Below are positions 27,261-36,800 of a stretch of 64,000 nt of DNA, piece after piece. Below the pieces are notes generated by a model that ran no database searches, had not been told where the DNA came from, and saw only the letters and a program-made list of their open reading frames with translations. The first letter of the stretch is position 1. Every line of letters starts with the position of its first letter. Both the position numbers and the translations under genes were made by a program. Source of the DNA: Lyngbya sp. HA4199-MV5 (GTDB taxonomy: Bacteria > Cyanobacteriota > Cyanobacteriia > Leptolyngbyales > Leptolyngbyaceae); assembly GCA_019359375.1 (NCBI GenBank), contig JAHHHL010000030.1, forward strand, positions 14,341-78,340, read 5' to 3'.

Positions 27261-27641
27261 CTAAAGGGATTCGGCTTGATGCAAGATCAGCCAATTGCCA
27301 TCGGGATCGTAGGCATAGATTTCTCTGCCGTGAGAGGCGGTGATGATGTCGCCGGGTGGTGGATAGCCGAGTTGGGTAAGGTGGGCGATCGCACTGTCTA
27401 AATTCTCGACCTCTAGACACAGACTCATGCCTGTGGAGGAGTGGGGAGTGGGGAGTGGGGAGTGGGGAGTGGGTGTGGGGTGAAAGATGCCGAGTTTTAA
27501 TCCTGGGAGATGAAATTCGGCGTAGATGTTGGGACGCAGAACGACGGGTTGCAGGTTGAAAAGCTGGCTGTAGAACTGAGTGAGGGCAGAAAAGCGAGTC
27601 GTTGAGAGGGTGAGTAGAGCGGCGGTACAGCGAAATGACAT
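27261..27641 (-). CDS. VOC/glyoxalase-family protein with in-frame STRR insert
   Basis: FYSQLF, LCLEVENLDSAIAHL, HGREIYAYDPDGN; (CTCCCCA)n-derived TPTPHSPLPTPHS. Confidence 0.85.
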   Translation of the reverse strand: MSFRCTAALLTLSTTRFSALTQFYSQLFNLQPVVLRPNIYAEFHLPGLKLGIFHPTPTPHSPLPTPHSSTGMSLCLEVENLDSAIAHLTQLGYPPPGDIITASHGREIYAYDPDGNWLILHQAESL

Positions 27642-28375
27642 TATTTCACCAAACGATAGATCGTACTCGTCCCACCATACGAGCCATCAAAATCGGTATC
27701 AGACTCCCACCCAAACAGTGCTCTAGACGAAGAGTTAGACAGTACACGGCTGCAACCATCGTCTAACCCAATGCCAATATGTGCTTCGCCAAAGGCAACG
27801 ACGAGATCCCCAGCCTTCGCGTCTGCGGGTGAGACTTCTTTACCGCGATCGTGTTGCAGCGCTTCGTACAATGAAGGGACGTAGTTAGGATTGTCACCCA
27901 ACGGCGTAATGCCCGCTTTGCTGAGAACCCGGTTCAATGACCACGCACAGGCGTTGTTGCCACCATCGGGACCATCGGCGGTACACATGCCGCGCAAATT
28001 TTCGGCAGCCGCCAGAATCGCCGCATTCAAGTCTGCTGGTGTGGCAGTAGCGTGATTGGTGACAATTTCCTGAAAGTAAACCCCTGCTGTTTGAGCACCG
28101 ATCGCACCTTGATTTGTCCCTGTATTATTCAGGCGATGGGTTTCTTTGAATGCGCCGACTCCGGCTGTAGAAAGGTCAAAGCCCTGCTGTTGGCATAACT
28201 GAATAAAGGCTGTTAAGGTGCCGGGACCGATCGCACCCGGTTTACCCAACTTCATCAACTGCTTGAGCTGATTGAGTTGCTCGACGGGTAGATGTTTGAG
28301 AATAGCAAAGGCGTAGCTTTCCTCGATCGAAAGCTTCGTCGGATCAATATTTTCGATCGCAATAGCAGAAACCAT
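27641..28375 (-). CDS. Putative cell-wall hydrolase (N-terminal PG-binding-like, C-terminal NlpC/P60-like Cys-His domain)
   Basis: NNACAW...AGDLVV....HIGI pattern; twin G.IG..T motifs in N-terminal half. Confidence 0.55.
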   Translation of the reverse strand: MVSAIAIENIDPTKLSIEESYAFAILKHLPVEQLNQLKQLMKLGKPGAIGPGTLTAFIQLCQQQGFDLSTAGVGAFKETHRLNNTGTNQGAIGAQTAGVYFQEIVTNHATATPADLNAAILAAAENLRGMCTADGPDGGNNACAWSLNRVLSKAGITPLGDNPNYVPSLYEALQHDRGKEVSPADAKAGDLVVAFGEAHIGIGLDDGCSRVLSNSSSRALFGWESDTDFDGSYGGTSTIYRLVK

Positions 28376-28550
28376 AACGTCACCTGTAAGCTGGAACAGA
28401 GGCAATACACCCAAACCAATAATGGCTGATGTGTTACGACCATACCGCCACACCTGGATCGAGATGGATTACGTTATAGAAAAATTAATGTCTATCTTCA
28501 ACCTGCTGGATCAATGAGTCATTCTATTGATGTCACTGTGACGATCGCTC

Positions 28551-29372
28551 ATGCCTGAAGGTCCCGAAATTAAACAAGCAGCCGATGCGATTGGACGGGC
28601 GATCGTTCAGAAGCCGCTGCTCCACGTTGCGTTTGCCTTTGAACGCTTGCAGCCCTACGAAGACATGCTTGTGAAGGAACAGATCTGGGCAGTGCAGGCT
28701 AAAGGCAAAGCGCTGCTGATTCGGTTTCAAGATCAGCTCAATATCTACAGTCACAACCAGCTTTATGGCAAGTGGTACATCCAGAAAGCAAATGTTCATC
28801 CTGTCACGAACCGTCAACTGCGGTTAGCAATCCACACGCAAACGCAGGCAGCGCTCCTGTACAGTGCGTCGGAGATTGATGTCATCACAAATGAGCAGCT
28901 ATTGACCCATCCCTTTCTCAGTCGGTTGGGTCCTGATGTGTTGGATGACACGACCACGGTAGAGCAGGTGCAAGCACGCTTTTTAGACAAGCGCTTTTAT
29001 CGTCGTGGATTGATTAGTCTGCTGCTGGATCAAGGGTTTTTGTGTGGCTTGGGCAACTATCTTCGCAGTGAAGTGCTGTTTGTCGCCGGGGTGAACCCAG
29101 CGTTGCGTCCGATCGATTGCACCGCTGGACAGATTCTCAAACTGGCAGAAGGCGCGATCGCGGTGAGCCGTCAATCCTACATCACCAAAGGCATCACGAA
29201 TGATCTGGAGATTGTTGCGCAGCTCAAACAACAGGGCTATACACGCCAGCAGTACCGTCTCTACGTCTTCAACCGCGATGGCAAGCCCTGCTACATCTGC
29301 GGCACCGTTATTCTGAAAGAGATTGCGGGGGGTCGCCGTCTCTACTACTGTCCCCATTGCCAAGCGCGTTAA
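28551..29372 (+). CDS. nei: Endonuclease VIII (Fpg/Nei family)
   Basis: MPEGPE N-terminus, SHNQLYGKW, GLGNYLRSE, C-terminal CxxC...CPHCQ zinc finger. Confidence 0.92.
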   Translation: MPEGPEIKQAADAIGRAIVQKPLLHVAFAFERLQPYEDMLVKEQIWAVQAKGKALLIRFQDQLNIYSHNQLYGKWYIQKANVHPVTNRQLRLAIHTQTQAALLYSASEIDVITNEQLLTHPFLSRLGPDVLDDTTTVEQVQARFLDKRFYRRGLISLLLDQGFLCGLGNYLRSEVLFVAGVNPALRPIDCTAGQILKLAEGAIAVSRQSYITKGITNDLEIVAQLKQQGYTRQQYRLYVFNRDGKPCYICGTVILKEIAGGRRLYYCPHCQAR

Positions 29373-29377
29373 AGAGC

Positions 29378-30043
29378 ATGAATGCCTCCCCCAGTCCTCT
29401 GTGTAACGCAACCCGCTTTCAAACAGTGTGGCAACGCCTTGGTAGTAACGTTGATGGTGTGGAGTTGTTCACCCACCTGCTGGAGGCGTATCGCCAGCCC
29501 CATCGCGCTTATCACACAGTGGCTCACATTGAAGCGTGCTTATACCAGCTTGATGGATATCAGCTTGATGTCGCTCAAACCCAGGCAGAGCGACCCGCTG
29601 AGGTAGAAATGGCGCTGTGGTTTCATGATGCGGTGTATGGTCTCAAAGCAGCCGATAACGAGGCGCAAAGTGCGCTGTGGGCAGCTCAAGCACTGCATCA
29701 GAGTGGGGTGAGTGCGGTGGTGAGCGATCGCATCACGACGATGATTCTGGCAACGACGCACGATCGCCCACCGGAAACGCACGATTGCGCGTTGCTGCTC
29801 GATATCGACCTATCCATTCTGGGACAATCCCCCGAAGCGTTTGCCGTTTACGAACAACACATTCGCACTGAGTACCATTGGGTGACAGAGAAGCAATATC
29901 GCGCTGGACGGGCGGCAATTTTAGAGCAGTTTCTGGCGCGATCGACCATTTACTACACTCCATTTTTTCAAGCACGGTTGGAAGCACAGGCACGGTGGAA
30001 CCTGGAGCGGTCGATCGCCACACTGTGTGGGCAACGTTTTTAA
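29378..30043 (+). CDS. HD-superfamily predicted metal-dependent phosphohydrolase
   Basis: Y.QPHRAYHT..HI, ALWFHDAVY, LLDIDLSILG, IRTEY. Confidence 0.8.
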   Translation: MNASPSPLCNATRFQTVWQRLGSNVDGVELFTHLLEAYRQPHRAYHTVAHIEACLYQLDGYQLDVAQTQAERPAEVEMALWFHDAVYGLKAADNEAQSALWAAQALHQSGVSAVVSDRITTMILATTHDRPPETHDCALLLDIDLSILGQSPEAFAVYEQHIRTEYHWVTEKQYRAGRAAILEQFLARSTIYYTPFFQARLEAQARWNLERSIATLCGQRF

Positions 30044-30117
30044 GGCAAGAGACGGAACACCACTCTTCAGAAAAGCCTTTTTCGGTGGGCTTGATGCTAG
30101 TCGCTCACATTGAAGGA

Positions 30118-30162
30118 GCCATTATGTTTTCAGCCGTTATGTTTTTAGCCGTTATGTTTTTA
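30118..30162. repeat. Three tandem 15-bp units spanning the kinase stop codon
   Basis: GCCATTATGTTTTCA GCCGTTATGTTTTTA GCCGTTATGTTTTTA. Confidence 0.8.
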
Positions 30163-32941
30163 CAGTGGGAAGGTAGTTTTCAAGGAGCAGGCAAATTTTT
30201 TCAGCTTGAAACGCGTCTGCATACTGCCGCACGCTTTGCACAAAGGCTTTGTACTGTTCGTCGGTGTCTTCCAGGTCTTTAAGCCGCTGCTCGATCGCCA
30301 TCAAACGCCCCTGTTGAGCCAATGCGTGCAGTTGAGCGAGGATATCTTCGGGGGGTGGCACGATCGCCACTAACGTTGATGGGCTTGATAGAAGAGCCTG
30401 ATCTATCTTGGCTTCTTCATCACTGGCTGGCTGAGTGTAAAGCCATTGCAGATTGAGGTAGGTTTCTAACAGTTTGAGCAAGGCAGGTGCATCGACAGGC
30501 TTTGATAAAAAGGCATTTGCCCCAGCCGCAAGACTATCGTTCTGATTACTCTCAAAGACACTGGCAGAGGACGCGATCGCCGGAATCTCGCTCAACTCTG
30601 GCAACTGGCGCAACTGGCGTAGAAACTCATAACCATCCATTTCTGGCATCATCAGGTCGGTGATAATCAAGTCTGGATGGAAAGCTTTCACCGCCTCTAG
30701 ACCAGCTTGCCCATTGTTCACTCCTAGCATCTCAAAGCCAAGCGGCTCCAGCAGGCTGACCAGCACGGCGCGGTTTTCCCAGCGATCGTCCACGACCAGC
30801 ACTTTACGCTTCTTGCCTGCAAAACTGGTGATGGTGCCCCGCTGGTTCGATCGCTGCGCTGCTGACCAATCCGGAGCTTCAGGTAGCGTTACCTCAAACC
30901 AGAAGGTGCTGCCCCGTCCTGGTTCGCTCTCAACCAGAAGGCTGCTGTCCATCAAAGACACAATTTGCTGGCTGATTGCCAGTCCTAGCCCGGTGCCTTC
31001 AGCCTGTTTCTTCAGATCGCCCACCTGTTCAAAGGGCTGAAAGATCTTTTCTAACCCGCCTGGTGAGATGCCAGCCCCCGTATCTTCCACTTCAAAGCGA
31101 ATCTGATAGAGATCGTTTTCTAATCTGTGGGTTTTAATCCGCCAGGTGACACCGCCTTGCTCGGTAAACTTGATGGCATTGCCCAACAGGTTAATTAACA
31201 CCTGCCGCAAACGCTTTTCATCTGCCCATACTCCCATTGGCAGCGCTGCATCTACTACACAGGTAAAGTCAATACTCTTTTGCCCCGCACGAAGGCGCAT
31301 GATTTCTGCAACACCTTCAAGAAAGGCTGGAAAGCACACTGCGCTGGGATGTAACTCTAGTTTGCGGGCTTCAATTTTAGCCAGATCCAGAATGTCATTA
31401 ATCAAATTCAGCAGATGATTGCCGCACTGATAAATGACATCAATGCCTTTCTTATGCCGATCGCCTATGGATTCACTGCGCTGTAGAATTTGGGCATAGC
31501 CCAGGATGCCATTGAGCGGCGTGCGTAACTCGTGACTCATGCTGGCAAGAAACTCACTCTTCGCCTGATTAGCTACTTCAGATTTCTCTTTGGCATCTGC
31601 TAATTCGGCAGTGCGCTCCTCAACCTTTTGCTCCAGCGTTGCAAATGATGTTTGCAATTGGTTTGCCATGCTGTTAAACGAGGCACCCAGTTCTCCCAGT
31701 TCATCGTTGCGCTTGAGGTCGATCGCGCTATCCCAATGACCGATCGCAATCGCTTTGGCAGCCTGGTTGAGCTGGAAGATCGGACGAGTCACCCAGCGTG
31801 CCGTCAAAATGCCAATGATGGTAGCGATGCCCAGTGCTGCGAAACAGAGCAAAATTGTGGTGCGGGTATGGGCATTGATTTGTCCCATGAAGTCTTTTTC
31901 GGGAACCACGACGACCACTAACCAATCAAGCCCATTGTCATCTTTTAAGGGTGTAATCTGAACAAACTGGCGTGCGCCATCAATCGCAAAGTCAAGCTGT
32001 TGAATATCCTCGATCGTGCCTAAACTGCCTGATCGACCCTTCAGGTATTGAGCCGTCTGACGAATAAGTGCATTGCCACTCTCGCTTGCTTTCAAACGTT
32101 GCGGCTTACCATTGCTGCTGATGGTAATTGACGGTTGATCGGATGAGTTGGCGACGAGTAAACCAGCGCGATCGACCACAAACATCTCTCCATTTGCACT
32201 CACCTGAAAGCTGTTGAGAAACTGAGAGAGATCTGCCAGAGAAGATGTTCCTAGCAGAACGCCCACAAGCTGACGGTTTTGATCCCAGATGGGGTTGGCA
32301 AGACTCACCAGCATGTATTTTTGAGTGGCGTGTGGGAAAATAACCCAGGCGGCTTTCCCAGTTTTTGCCACTGCCTTGTAATAGGGCTTGACCTTCACAT
32401 CGTAAGGTTTACCCGTTTCCATCACGTTGGTTGGCTTCCCCTCTGCATCCACCGCATAGGAGTGAAGGAGTCCCCCACGACTGTCTACGGCAAGGAGCCG
32501 GGGATCATCTCCCTTGTACTGATGCAGCGCCCGAAATGTCTTCTGGGTGGCGATGGCGCTTGCCTGAATTGACGGATGAAACAGTCGCAGCATGTGCCAG
32601 GTTTGACGCTCCTGACTTTTGAGATCCTGCAAGCTCCACTGCCCTCGTTGCAAATCGTCCCGGTTAATTTGATTCACGAGTACCGCCGCCTTCAAATAGC
32701 GTGAGATTTGATCTTGGATGCGAGTGGATGTTTCGCGCCGCAAGTGGCTGGCAAGGTCATTCACGGCTGCCTGACCGTTACGAAAGGAAAGATACCCGAC
32801 TAAGCTCACGGCTCCAAAAATTTGCAGGATGAAGGGAACCACCAGAACGGTGCGGAGCGATCGCCCCTTAAACCGAGACAGCAGATTGGCAAGAGGCATG
32901 CGATAAACTCCAGCTAGCTGAATAGTGATGAGGAAACGCAA
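30152..32941 (-). CDS. Hybrid sensor histidine kinase (Cache-HAMP-HisKA-HATPase-REC)
   Basis: LRTVLVVPF, DELGELGASFN, FLASMSHELRTPLNGILG, GTGLGLAIS, VLVVDD, DLMMPEMDG; start may be 32899. Confidence 0.93.
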   Translation of the reverse strand: MRFLITIQLAGVYRMPLANLLSRFKGRSLRTVLVVPFILQIFGAVSLVGYLSFRNGQAAVNDLASHLRRETSTRIQDQISRYLKAAVLVNQINRDDLQRGQWSLQDLKSQERQTWHMLRLFHPSIQASAIATQKTFRALHQYKGDDPRLLAVDSRGGLLHSYAVDAEGKPTNVMETGKPYDVKVKPYYKAVAKTGKAAWVIFPHATQKYMLVSLANPIWDQNRQLVGVLLGTSSLADLSQFLNSFQVSANGEMFVVDRAGLLVANSSDQPSITISSNGKPQRLKASESGNALIRQTAQYLKGRSGSLGTIEDIQQLDFAIDGARQFVQITPLKDDNGLDWLVVVVVPEKDFMGQINAHTRTTILLCFAALGIATIIGILTARWVTRPIFQLNQAAKAIAIGHWDSAIDLKRNDELGELGASFNSMANQLQTSFATLEQKVEERTAELADAKEKSEVANQAKSEFLASMSHELRTPLNGILGYAQILQRSESIGDRHKKGIDVIYQCGNHLLNLINDILDLAKIEARKLELHPSAVCFPAFLEGVAEIMRLRAGQKSIDFTCVVDAALPMGVWADEKRLRQVLINLLGNAIKFTEQGGVTWRIKTHRLENDLYQIRFEVEDTGAGISPGGLEKIFQPFEQVGDLKKQAEGTGLGLAISQQIVSLMDSSLLVESEPGRGSTFWFEVTLPEAPDWSAAQRSNQRGTITSFAGKKRKVLVVDDRWENRAVLVSLLEPLGFEMLGVNNGQAGLEAVKAFHPDLIITDLMMPEMDGYEFLRQLRQLPELSEIPAIASSASVFESNQNDSLAAGANAFLSKPVDAPALLKLLETYLNLQWLYTQPASDEEAKIDQALLSSPSTLVAIVPPPEDILAQLHALAQQGRLMAIEQRLKDLEDTDEQYKAFVQSVRQYADAFQAEKICLLLENYLPTVKT

Positions 32942-33312
32942 CTAACCTCAACATCCCTTTAACAGCGGTTGAGCAGTCCTTCTCAGGCTCTAAAAAATGA
33001 TTTTGACCCTATAAAGACAAGGCAGTAACTTGAGACCAACCGACCTGGATTACGTCTAAAAAACAGGTTATCCACCATTCAAGCAGATTCTCGTACAGGT
33101 CGCTTTGGCTGACTGCACCTACAGTATTCCCACGCAAAACGGTAGATTCTCACAAGTTTCGGCAAGGTCAGGGGCGCACAGCGCGATCGCTCTGCACAGA
33201 TATTTATGATGGGTGGCTGGCGCGATCGCATGAGGAAGAACCGCGAGAATTGCTGGAAGAGGTCAAGCAGCAGTTAATTTTATTTAACTCTCATTTCTCA
33301 GCGAAATAAAGG

Positions 33313-33507
33313 CTAGGTTCCTCTCGGCTCTGGCACTTGTAGATCACGGCAGATCTTGCGAACAAGCAGATCATTGACTTCCCGATGGCGCGGAATCGTT
33401 GAAGACCGCTGAACAAGACGATTGACGTAAATAGTATGGTTACTGCCTTCACGCAAAAACTCACAGCCATGACTCTCAAGGTGACGCAGCAAATCCTTGC
33501 GTTTCAT
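33313..33507 (-). CDS. HicA-family toxin
   Basis: MKRKDLLRHL..HGC..LREGSNH..Y..IPRHREV. Confidence 0.9.
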   Translation of the reverse strand: MKRKDLLRHLESHGCEFLREGSNHTIYVNRLVQRSSTIPRHREVNDLLVRKICRDLQVPEPRGT

Positions 33508-33728
33508 GCTGCTAAGAAAATAACTGCCTCACGAATGACCACTTGCCCCTGGATCTGCTCCTCAGCTAAGGCACGATTTGCTTCCAAAACTAGCTCGATC
33601 GCTTCTTCCAAATGACTCCGTGCTTCTTCCAACGTATCACCCTGCGTATTGGCTCCAGGCAACTCTTCAACAAAGCCAATATAGCCTTGAGGGACTTTCT
33701 GAAACACTTTTGTCAATTTAAGCTGCAT
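33504..33728 (-). CDS. HicB-family antitoxin
   Basis: GYIGFVEELPGANTQGDTLEEAR..LEEAIELVL; 4-bp overlap with hicA. Confidence 0.9.
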   Translation of the reverse strand: MQLKLTKVFQKVPQGYIGFVEELPGANTQGDTLEEARSHLEEAIELVLEANRALAEEQIQGQVVIREAVIFLAA

Positions 33729-34096
33729 AAGGCTACTGGCGTAAAAATTACTGAAGTTGTTTGGTATTGACTAGCTTTGAGTTGATGTCGGTCAGCTTAC
33801 AGGCGATCGTAACACTCGTTAGTAGCCTTAACTAGCATTAAGAATGATGACATCTAATCAGATGAGTTAGTAGTTTAAGCATCGTTGAAAGGTAGACACA
33901 GCAAGGATTCTGAGTGATTTTGAACACCAACACCAACTCAGACTTCTAGATTCGCGATCGCTCAACAACGCAAGATGTCTGAGAAAATCGATAGGCGTTA
34001 ACGTCACGGCACACAAGCAAGAAGAGTTAGGCACTTCATCCTTACTTTTACCTTTTACCCTTTGCCCTTTACCCTTTCTCTCAACCGAGGCACTCT

Positions 34097-35623
34097 ATGA
34101 AATTGGCTTACTGGATGTATGCAGGTCCCGCCCACATTGGCACTCTTCGCGTCGCCAGTTCCTTCAAGAACGTCCACGCCATCATGCACGCGCCATTGGG
34201 TGATGACTACTTCAATGTCATGCGATCGATGCTGGAACGGGAACGGGATTTTACGCCTGTAACTACCAGTGTGGTCGATCGCAACGTGCTGGCGCGGGGT
34301 TCCCAGGAGAAGGTGGTGGACAACATCACGCGCAAAGATGGCGAAGAGCATCCCGACCTGATTGTGCTGACCCCCACCTGCACCTCCAGCATTCTGCAAG
34401 AAGACCTGCAAAACTTTGTGGAACGTGCTCAGATCGAGTCTAAAGGCGATGTCATGCTGGCGGATGTCAATCACTACCGCGTGAATGAATTACAGGCTGC
34501 CGATCGTACCCTCCAGCAAATTGTCCAGTTTTACACCGAAAAAGCGCGTCGTAAAGGCGATCTGCCCACCGACAAAACGGAGAAGCCCAGCGTCAACATT
34601 TTTGGCATCTCTACCCTTGGCTTTCACAACAACCACGACTGCACCGAGTTAAAGCGCCTGATGGCAGACCTGGGCATTGAAGTCAACGAAGTCATTCCCG
34701 AAGGTGCCTCCGTTCACAACATCAAAAATCTATCCCGCGCCTGGTTCAACCTGGTGCCTTATCGTGAACTGGGACCACTATCCGCCGCGTACCTGGAGCA
34801 AGAATTTGGCATTCCCTTTGTAGACATCACGCCAATGGGGGTCGTGGAAACAGCACGCTGCATCCGCAAAATTCAGGCAATCCTGAACGCGCAAGGTGCC
34901 AATGTGGACTACGAAGACTACATCAATGAGCAAACCCTGCACGTCTCGCAAGCTGCCTGGTTCTCGCGCTCGATCGACTGCCAGAACCTCACAGGCAAAA
35001 AAGCGGTCGTCTATGGCGATAGCACCCACGCCGCCGCGATCACCAAAATCCTGTCCCGTGAGATGGGTATTCATGTCGTCTGGGCAGGGACCTTCTGCAA
35101 GAACGACGAAGCCTGGTTCCGCGAACAGGTCAGCGAGTACTGCGACGACGTGCTGATTACGGATGATCACGGGGCTGTGGGAGACGCGATCGCCCGTGTG
35201 GAACCCTCTGCCATCTTCGGCACCCAGATGGAACGCCACGTCGGTAAGCGGCTGGATATCCCCTGCGGCGTGATTTCTGCCCCCATCCACGTCCAGAACT
35301 TTCCGATCGGCTACAAGCCATTCCTTGGCTACGAAGGCACCAATCAGCTTGTCGATCTCATCTACAACTCCTTCACCCTGGGCATGGAAGACCACCTGCT
35401 GGAAATCTTCGGCGGTCACGATACCAAAGAAGGCATCACCAAAGGCATTTCTGCTGATTCTGATCTGGCATGGAGCAAGGACGGACAGGCGGAACTCAAC
35501 AAAATCCCTGGTTTTGTACGCGGCAAAGTGAAGCGCAATACCGAGAAATTTGCGCGCGATCGCAACATCGAAGTCATCACCGCTGAAGTGCTCTATGCGG
35601 CGAAAGAGTCCGTCGGCGCATAA
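34097..35623 (+). CDS. chlB: Light-independent protochlorophyllide reductase subunit B
   Basis: [39 protein letters not shown]-terminal [17 protein letters not shown]. Confidence 0.98.
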   Translation: MKLAYWMYAGPAHIGTLRVASSFKNVHAIMHAPLGDDYFNVMRSMLERERDFTPVTTSVVDRNVLARGSQEKVVDNITRKDGEEHPDLIVLTPTCTSSILQEDLQNFVERAQIESKGDVMLADVNHYRVNELQAADRTLQQIVQFYTEKARRKGDLPTDKTEKPSVNIFGISTLGFHNNHDCTELKRLMADLGIEVNEVIPEGASVHNIKNLSRAWFNLVPYRELGPLSAAYLEQEFGIPFVDITPMGVVETARCIRKIQAILNAQGANVDYEDYINEQTLHVSQAAWFSRSIDCQNLTGKKAVVYGDSTHAAAITKILSREMGIHVVWAGTFCKNDEAWFREQVSEYCDDVLITDDHGAVGDAIARVEPSAIFGTQMERHVGKRLDIPCGVISAPIHVQNFPIGYKPFLGYEGTNQLVDLIYNSFTLGMEDHLLEIFGGHDTKEGITKGISADSDLAWSKDGQAELNKIPGFVRGKVKRNTEKFARDRNIEVITAEVLYAAKESVGA

Positions 35624-35646
35624 GTCTGTGATAGTGAACGAAGGGC

Positions 35647-35717
35647 GCGATCGCCACCAAACCGCCTCACTGCTTGGGTTTCTTGCCGATAACCAACTGA
35701 TGGGGAAGGGCGATCGC
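35647..35717. repeat. HIP1-bounded ~70-bp direct repeat, copy 1
   Basis: GCGATCGCCACCAAACCGCCTCACTGCTTGGGTTTCTTGCCGATAACCAACTGATGG...GGCGATCGC; second copy 36730-36799. Confidence 0.9.
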
Positions 35718-35877
35718 CCCAGCGCACGAGTGATAGAAGAAAACGCCATGTTGAAGCTACGCGGTCTAATGAGAAGAGTTACTTATCTTCGTCATAGAAG
35801 GCTTGTTGAGTTGCTTCAGCTTTGAGGGAGGCGAACATCACCACATCCGCTCATCGCAACCCACATAGAACACAATG

Positions 35878-36330
35878 TCAAACTTGCTTTGGATCATCCG
35901 TTGGTGGATGTAGCCCGATTTTTAGCCAAAACCGTCTTGTTGCTCGAATAGAATCGTTCTCTGAATAACGGGTATCGTTCAGATCAAGACGAATACAAGT
36001 CGCACGACCAATTGGTGTCGTTCCCTTAACCACAACCCCTCGATCGAGCCAGACAAAATGCTCTGCCCATTTCTGCTGACGAGGATTGAAAAGCGGAACA
36101 ATCGCCTGAGTCTCTGGATCAACACCAGCCACAAAGTTGTAACGCCGCTCATTACAACGACGACAGGCAAGCGCAAGATTATCAAAGTCATCGGAACCAC
36201 CCAACGATTTGGGGATGAGGTGATCAACGGTAAAGCGATTCGCGCTCAGTCGTTTTGGAGAATGGCAATATTCACACACATAGTTAGCACGTTCTCGGAT
36301 CGCCTGCTTGAGTGCATCACTGATTGTCAT
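35878..36330 (-). CDS. HNH endonuclease
   Basis: CEYCH, VDHLIP.SLGGSD..DNLALAC..CN, LFNPR.Q.W..HF. Confidence 0.9.
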   Translation of the reverse strand: MTISDALKQAIRERANYVCEYCHSPKRLSANRFTVDHLIPKSLGGSDDFDNLALACRRCNERRYNFVAGVDPETQAIVPLFNPRQQKWAEHFVWLDRGVVVKGTTPIGRATCIRLDLNDTRYSENDSIRATRRFWLKIGLHPPTDDPKQV

Positions 36331-36559
36331 TTTGAGCAGCAAGCATCGCGTTGATATGAGTAAAAATGCGATCTAACTCTCCGATCGCACTCAGCTCAGC
36401 GATTTCATCGATCGTGATCTCATCCGCTTTCTTTTTTTCTAGAAGGCTCTCCATCCGCAATTGAAGAGACTCACTGAACTTGAATAAATTCCAGTCGCCA
36501 ACTTTCTCAAGCTGAATCTCATGTATTAGTGAAGATGGTTGATTGAGAGCTGTAACCAT
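36317..36559 (-). CDS. Small protein coupled upstream of HNH (putative antitoxin/partner)
   Basis: Overlaps HNH start; LQ.RME.LLEK.K...IT..E..EL pattern resembles small partners upstream of cyanobacterial HNH genes. Confidence 0.7.
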   Translation of the reverse strand: MVTALNQPSSLIHEIQLEKVGDWNLFKFSESLQLRMESLLEKKKADEITIDEIAELSAIGELDRIFTHINAMLAAQNDNQ

Positions 36560-36729
36560 TCTTACCTTTGTAACGCTCTTATTCCAAAGCTGTAATTTTA
36601 CGTCTGGTGAAATTATAACGCCCCTAAAATTGCACAATCGAGGGCTACCAATAGCTTTTAGCTTCCGTCTTAATAAAAGTCTTCCAATATCTTAGGGTAG
36701 AACAAACACCCTCACACCACTATCTCAAC

Positions 36730-36799
36730 CGATCGCCACCAAACCGCCTCACTGCTTGGGTTTCTTGCCGATAACCAACTGATGGCAAGGGGCGATCGC
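36730..36799. repeat. HIP1-bounded ~70-bp direct repeat, copy 2
   Basis: Identical core to 35648-35703; abuts the pentapeptide-gene stop at 36801. Confidence 0.9.
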
Positions 36800-36800
36800 T

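Noticed and set aside
33200-33310. Possible C-terminal gene remnant (EEPRELLEEVKQQL) and a degenerate REP-like sequence
   Set aside because: Too short to assign
33313-33728. hicB-before-hicA gene order
   Set aside because: Known arrangement for short HicB proteins; ordinary
34778-35749. 323-aa antisense ORF over chlB
   Set aside because: Shadow ORF from GC-rich codon bias of a conserved gene
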